Part shown: piece by piece, positions 36,424 through 41,596 of the stretch
Layout of the letters: every line of letters begins with the position of its first letter
How positions within the stretch are numbered: the stretch's first letter is position 1
DNA from: Eubacteriales bacterium
GTDB lineage: Bacteria > Bacillota > Clostridia > Oscillospirales > CAG-272
Assembly (NCBI GenBank): GCA_045656325.1
Contig: JAZOQX010000080.1
Location: 1 to 41,596, forward strand
Direction of reading: 5' to 3'
DNA: 41,596 nucleotides
Notes under the pieces: model-generated
The model's input: only the letters and a program-made list of their open reading frames with translations
The model's database searches: none
Told to the model about the DNA's origin: nothing
Made by a program: the position numbers and the translations under genes

Positions 36424-38667
36424 ATGGTTAAACTGACTGAGCGCGGTGTATATCTGGTGGACGGCAGAGTTTGTGCCACCGCAGAGATATCTCCCGCCGA
36501 GGCGAGAAAAAACACCATCGCCTATTCGATCCTGAGCGCACATAACTGCAGCAAAAGCGATTCCGACCTTCGCATCCGCTTCGATGCGTTGGTTTCTCAC
36601 GATATTACTTACGTGGGCATTATCCAAACCGCCCGCGCAAGCGGACTGAAGGAATTTCCCATTCCCTACGCCATGACCAACTGCCACAACTCGCTTTGCG
36701 CCGTGGGCGGAACTATCAACGAGGACGACCACGTATTCGGTCTGTCCGCCGCCAAGAAATACGGCGGAATCTACGTTCCTGCAAACCAGAGCGTCATCCA
36801 TTCCTATGCCCGTGAGGAGCTGGCGGGATGCGGCAAGATGATCCTCGGCTCCGACTCGCATACCCGCTACGGCGCGCTTGGCACCATGGGCGTGGGCGAG
36901 GGCGGTCCCGAGCTTGTAAAGCAGCTTTTGAAGAATACCTACGACGTAAAGGCTCCCGAGGTAGTCCTCGTGTATCTGACGGGTACTCCCAAAAAGGGAA
37001 TCGGCCCCCACGACGTTGCCATCGCTCTCGTTGGCGCTACCTTCGGCAACGGCTTTGTCAAGAATAAGGTCCTCGAGTTCGTAGGTCCCGGCGTAAAGAA
37101 TCTCTCCATCGACTTCCGTAACGGCATTGACGTAATGACCACCGAGACCACCTGTCTCTCCTCCATCTGGGAGACCGACGAGGTGGTGAAGAAGCATTAC
37201 GAAACCCACGGAAGACCCGAGGAGTACCGCCAGCTGAAGCCCGGCAAGGTAGCGTACTATGACGCGATGATCGAGATCGACCTTTCCAAAATGGAATCCA
37301 TGATCGCTCTTCCCTTCCACCCCTCCAACGCGTACACCATCCATGAGTTTGTGGAGAATGCCGACGAAATCCTTGCTAAGGTAGAGGAGGAAGCCAAGAA
37401 GAAATTCGGTAAGTGCAATCTCGATCTCCGCTCCAAAGTCAAAAACGGCAAGGTCCTTGCGGATCAGGGCATCATCGCGGGCTGCGCGGGCGGTATGTTC
37501 GACAGCATCGACGAGGCGTCCGCCATTCTGAAGGATCAAAGCACGGGCAACGGCTACTTCTCTCTGTCGGTCTACCCCACCAGCGTCCCCGTCTCTCTGG
37601 AGCTGACTAAGATCGGTGTCAGCGCCGAGCTTTTGCAGGCGGGCGCGGTCATCAAGCCCTCCTTCTGCGGTCCTTGCTTTGGCGCGGGTGACGTTCCCGC
37701 CAACAACGGACTTTCCCTCCGCCATACCACCCGTAACTTCCCCAACCGCGAGGGCTCCAAGCCCGGCGAGGGTCAGCTTTCGGGCGTAGCGCTGATGGAT
37801 GCCCGCAGCATTGCGGCAACCGCCCGCAACGGCGGTGTGATCACGGCGGCTACCGACGTGGATTACGACTATACCCCCCACGAATATCATTTTGACTCCT
37901 CGGTTTACAAAAAGAGAGTTTACTACGGCTTCGGCAAGGCAGATCCCGACGCGGAGCTGATCCTCGGTCCCAATATCACCGACTGGCCCACCCAGTACGA
38001 GCTTTCGGACAACCTGCTGCTCAAGCTGGCGGCGGTCATCCGCGATCCCGTCACCACCACCGACGAGCTGATCCCCTCGGGCGAGACCTCGTCCTACCGT
38101 TCCAATCCCTTGCGTCTGTCCGAGTTTGCCCTCTCCCGCCGCGTTCCCGAATACGTGGGACGCTCTAAGGAGGTAGCGGCAACCGAGGCAGAAAGACGGC
38201 TGGGCAACGCTCCCACGGAGCTGAAGTCGGTTCTCGCAAAGCTGGGGGATGCCGATGCGCTCATGAACACCACCCAATTCGGCTCCTGCGTCTTTGCCAA
38301 TAAGCCCGGCGACGGCTCTGCCCGTGAGCAGGCAGCCTCCTGTCAGAAGGTGCTTGGCGGATTTGGAAATATTTGCTACGAATTTGCCACCAAGCGCTAT
38401 CGTTCCAACTGCATCAACTGGGGTATTCTCCCCTTTACTCTGGCAGAGGGAGCCGAGTTCCCCTATGAGGTTGGCGACTACGTATTCGTAGGCGGCATCC
38501 GTCAGGCGATCCTTGAGGGCAAGGAGGAGTTTTTGGCGAAGGTGGTCAAGGCAGACGGCGCGGTAGAGGAGATCACCCTCTACGTCAAGGGCTTGACTGC
38601 GGATGAAAAGGAGATCATCCTCGACGGCTGTCTCATGAATTATTACAAGAATCACAGCGAGGGCTAA
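36424..38667 (+). CDS. Aconitase-family hydratase (YbhJ-like), probable aconitase
   Basis: [52 protein letters not shown]; lies upstream of icd; RBS AAGGAG. Confidence 0.92.
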   Translation: MVKLTERGVYLVDGRVCATAEISPAEARKNTIAYSILSAHNCSKSDSDLRIRFDALVSHDITYVGIIQTARASGLKEFPIPYAMTNCHNSLCAVGGTINEDDHVFGLSAAKKYGGIYVPANQSVIHSYAREELAGCGKMILGSDSHTRYGALGTMGVGEGGPELVKQLLKNTYDVKAPEVVLVYLTGTPKKGIGPHDVAIALVGATFGNGFVKNKVLEFVGPGVKNLSIDFRNGIDVMTTETTCLSSIWETDEVVKKHYETHGRPEEYRQLKPGKVAYYDAMIEIDLSKMESMIALPFHPSNAYTIHEFVENADEILAKVEEEAKKKFGKCNLDLRSKVKNGKVLADQGIIAGCAGGMFDSIDEASAILKDQSTGNGYFSLSVYPTSVPVSLELTKIGVSAELLQAGAVIKPSFCGPCFGAGDVPANNGLSLRHTTRNFPNREGSKPGEGQLSGVALMDARSIAATARNGGVITAATDVDYDYTPHEYHFDSSVYKKRVYYGFGKADPDAELILGPNITDWPTQYELSDNLLLKLAAVIRDPVTTTDELIPSGETSSYRSNPLRLSEFALSRRVPEYVGRSKEVAATEAERRLGNAPTELKSVLAKLGDADALMNTTQFGSCVFANKPGDGSAREQAASCQKVLGGFGNICYEFATKRYRSNCINWGILPFTLAEGAEFPYEVGDYVFVGGIRQAILEGKEEFLAKVVKADGAVEEITLYVKGLTADEKEIILDGCLMNYYKNHSEG

Positions 38668-38670
38668 TCC

Positions 38671-39321
38671 ATGCCAAACGAAAGGATCGAATGGACCTTT
38701 ACCTGGAATGAGGACGCGGATACCGACAAGCCTCGCTGCCTTGCGATTGGCGATTCCATCATTTGGGGAAGCAAGGGGGACGCTTACAAGGCACTGAACG
38801 GCAAGATAACGCTTTCTACCTTCGCTACCTCCAAGGGAGTAGATTCTCCCTATCTTTTAGAGGAGATCAAGCTCTTTTGCAAGCAAAGCGATTTCCGCTT
38901 TGAAGCGGTCTATTTCAATAACGGATTACATACCCACGGACAATCCCCCAAGGAATACGGAGAAAACTACGAACGGATTCTTTCCGAGCTGCGGTCGCTT
39001 CTTCCGTCTGCCAAATTCATCTTGGGACTCTCCACACCGATCTCGGAGGTGCTGGGCGATCCTACCGCTCATGCCGCTCCCATTACGGCAGGGGAGCGTG
39101 AGAATCTTTTGGAGCTTGACCGTAACGTTTTGGCGTATAACCAAGAGGTTCTTGCCATAGCAGAAAAAGAAAATCTTCCCGTTTTTGATGCCTATTCTCT
39201 CATGAAGCACCACGCAGACAAGAAGAAGGACCCCTATCACTACAATGACGAGGGTCGTCAAATCTTCGGCTCTGCCGTGGCGGAACAGCTTCTGCGTCTG
39301 TACCAATCCATCAAACCGTAA
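38671..39321 (+). CDS. SGNH/GDSL hydrolase
   Basis: IGDSI block I, FNNGLH block III, DPYH block V. Confidence 0.85.
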   Translation: MPNERIEWTFTWNEDADTDKPRCLAIGDSIIWGSKGDAYKALNGKITLSTFATSKGVDSPYLLEEIKLFCKQSDFRFEAVYFNNGLHTHGQSPKEYGENYERILSELRSLLPSAKFILGLSTPISEVLGDPTAHAAPITAGERENLLELDRNVLAYNQEVLAIAEKENLPVFDAYSLMKHHADKKKDPYHYNDEGRQIFGSAVAEQLLRLYQSIKP

Positions 39322-39338
39322 AAAAGGAGACATCTATT

Positions 39339-40784
39339 ATGTTAGAATGGCTGATTCCTATTCCGAAAAAAACCGAATCCCAGGAGGGGACGCAAGCTCT
39401 CCCACTTTGCGTAGCAAGTGACGTTCCTGCTTGGAACGAATACGTTTCTACCTTCCGCGCAGCCTTTGAAAGCATCTATCAAAAGAAGCTTTCCTTGGGT
39501 GAGGGTGGTGTTCGCCTTTGCAAGGACACCGCGATTCCCGCGGGACACTACCGCTTTGACAGCCGAGAGGGACTGGTTTTGTCCGCCTCGGACGACGAGG
39601 GGATTCTGTATGCTCTGGCAACCGCTTTGCAGGTGATCGACCTGAAGGACGGAGCGATGGTTCTTCCCCGTGTGCTGATCGAGGATCACCCCGACAAGAA
39701 CTACCGCGCGTTGATGGTGGATCTGGCAAGAGAGTGGCACCCCGCATGGACGGTTGACCGTTACATTGACGTGTGCTTCTGGTTCAAAATCAAATATCTG
39801 CACCTGCACTTTATTGACGACGAGCGTTATACGCTCCCATCCCGCGCATTCCCCAAGCTCACGACCGAGGGAGAGCATTATACCCTTGAGCAAATCGCCC
39901 ACATGAACGAATACGCCAAGGCGCGGGGCGTCATTCTCATTCCCGAGCTGGAAACGCCGGGACACGCCGCTTCCATGGTGGAGTGCTATCCCGACGATTT
40001 TGCCAACCATCTGTCGGGCGGCTCTACGGCGGAGCTGATCACCGAGGAGGGGGCCGTGGTCAGCGCCCGCAACGTTATGTGCGGCGGCGGTTCGCACACC
40101 ATGAAGGCGGTGGAGAAGCTGATCGATGAGATCATCGAAATGTTCCCCGATTCTCCTTATATCCACATTGGAGGAGACGAGGCAAATATCAAGGTATGGA
40201 ACTCCTGCCCCGATTGTATTGCCTACATGAAGGAAAACGGCATCGAGGATGAATATGAGCTTTACAGCGACTTTATCGGTCGGGTGGCTCAGTTGGTTCT
40301 GGATCGCGGCAGAACCCCCATCGTTTGGGAGGGCTTTCCCAAGAAGGGCGCCCACCGAGTCCCCAAGGAAACCGTGGTCATTGCGTGGGAATCTCACTAC
40401 AATATGCCCGAGGATCTTCTGGCAGAGGGCTTCAAGGTCATCAACGGCTCCTGGCAGCCTCTCTACATCACCGAGAGCTTCAACCACGGAAGATGGAGCG
40501 CAAAGGATATCTACGACTGGGACGTTTACAATCTCCAGCACTGGTGGGATCATTCGGCAGCCAAGCTGAACCCCATTCACATTCCTCCCACGGATGACGT
40601 ATTAGGCGCTCAGGTCACCTCTTGGGATTGCACCTACGAAATGGATATCTGCCGCGTGATGGAATGTCTCGCCGCCTTGAGTGAGCGCACGTGGAACCTG
40701 AATCGTACCGAGCTGATCGATCAGTTCCATCGAAGAATGCGCTATAACAACCGAAGCCTTGGGCGTCTGATCCAAGACCGCTGA
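39339..40784 (+). CDS. GH20 beta-N-acetylhexosaminidase
   Basis: YRALMVDLAR, LHLHFID, PELETPGH, catalytic HIGGDE, ALSERTW; no signal peptide. Confidence 0.92.
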   Translation: MLEWLIPIPKKTESQEGTQALPLCVASDVPAWNEYVSTFRAAFESIYQKKLSLGEGGVRLCKDTAIPAGHYRFDSREGLVLSASDDEGILYALATALQVIDLKDGAMVLPRVLIEDHPDKNYRALMVDLAREWHPAWTVDRYIDVCFWFKIKYLHLHFIDDERYTLPSRAFPKLTTEGEHYTLEQIAHMNEYAKARGVILIPELETPGHAASMVECYPDDFANHLSGGSTAELITEEGAVVSARNVMCGGGSHTMKAVEKLIDEIIEMFPDSPYIHIGGDEANIKVWNSCPDCIAYMKENGIEDEYELYSDFIGRVAQLVLDRGRTPIVWEGFPKKGAHRVPKETVVIAWESHYNMPEDLLAEGFKVINGSWQPLYITESFNHGRWSAKDIYDWDVYNLQHWWDHSAAKLNPIHIPPTDDVLGAQVTSWDCTYEMDICRVMECLAALSERTWNLNRTELIDQFHRRMRYNNRSLGRLIQDR

Positions 40785-40827
40785 TTGAATCAATTATTTT
40801 TTCAAATATGTTCGGAGGTATTGAACG

Positions 40828-41596
40828 ATGAAAAAAATTCAAATGAAGACTCCCTTAGTCGAAATGGACGGGGACGAAATGACAAGAATCCTTTGGCAGA
40901 TGATCAAGGACGAGCTCCTTCTGCCCTTCGTGGATTTGAAAACCGAATACTATGATCTGGGGCTTCCCGAGCGTGAGAAGACCAAAGATCAGGTGACGGT
41001 CGACAGCGCCAACGCAACCCTGAAGTACGGCGTTGCCGTCAAGTGCGCCACCATCACCCCCAACAAGCAGAGAGTGGAGGAATATAATCTCTCCGAAATG
41101 TGGAAGAGCCCCAACGGCACCATCCGCGCGATCTTGGACGGAACCGTCTTCCGCGCTCCCATTCTCATCGATTCCATCAAGCCCGCGGTTCGCAACTGGA
41201 AAAAGCCCATCACCATCGCACGTCACGCCTACGGCGACGTGTATAAGGCAACCGAGCATCGCGTAGAGGGACCGGGTAAAGCGGAGCTGGTATTCACCGC
41301 CGCAGACGGTAAGGAATTTCGCGAGACGATCTACGACTTCGAGTGCGGCGGCGTTCTGCAGGGACAGTACAACAAGGATTCCTCCATCGAGTCCTTTGCT
41401 CACTCCTGCTTCCAGTATGCCATCGACACCAAGCAGGATCTTTGGTTCGCAACCAAGGACACCATCTCCAAAAAGTACGACCAGACCTTCAAGCTGACCT
41501 TCCAGGCCATCTTTGACGAGCAATACAAGGCGAAGTTTGACGAGCTTGGCATCAGCTATTTCTATACCCTCATCGACGATGCGGTCGCACGCGTCA
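40828..41596 (+). CDS. icd: NADP-dependent isocitrate dehydrogenase (runs off the right edge)
   Basis: [54 protein letters not shown]; RBS GGAGG. Absent from the ORF track because it has no stop in the window. Confidence 0.96.
   Translation, partial: MKKIQMKTPLVEMDGDEMTRILWQMIKDELLLPFVDLKTEYYDLGLPEREKTKDQVTVDSANATLKYGVAVKCATITPNKQRVEEYNLSEMWKSPNGTIRAILDGTVFRAPILIDSIKPAVRNWKKPITIARHAYGDVYKATEHRVEGPGKAELVFTAADGKEFRETIYDFECGGVLQGQYNKDSSIESFAHSCFQYAIDTKQDLWFATKDTISKKYDQTFKLTFQAIFDEQYKAKFDELGISYFYTLIDDAVARV

Noticed and set aside
36382-38655. 757-aa antisense ORF, and similar ones at 5829-7196, 21350-22477, 25680-26999, 28406-29650, 33294-34598, 39342-40580 and 40855-41523
   Set aside because: Each lies opposite a clearly recognisable gene; explained by codon bias leaving few antisense stops.

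Overview
Chromosomal window from a Bacillota (Clostridia-like) bacterium, inferred from sigma-A promoter style, a T-box leader and the gene set. The left end looks like the worn boundary of an integrative element. It is followed by carbohydrate-catabolism modules (AraC + BNR/sialidase-like + HpcH aldolase; GH78 + FAD oxidoreductase + PocR-AraC), an Fe/corrinoid-type ABC importer divergent from a sulfite/nitrite-reductase-like Fe-S protein, and a T-box-controlled Na+/solute symporter. The middle is mostly housekeeping: rimO-pgsA, HAD, typA, proS, a SEDS gene, a tagA-like gene, then a 1514-aa Ig-repeat lipoprotein and a His-less HPr beside a PfoR-like EIIC. The right end is an aconitase-SGNH-GH20-icd run. 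Most striking: (1) an intact but short serine recombinase stops 14 bp before the open 3' half of a feoB gene that lacks its 5' half and an RBS, a candidate programmed DNA rearrangement system; (2) a ~430-bp inverted pair of diverged ~200-nt units with compensatory hairpin changes after typA; (3) a T-box whose specifier reads UAC (Tyr) on a PutP-like symporter. All calls come from motif recognition by eye; no searches were run.
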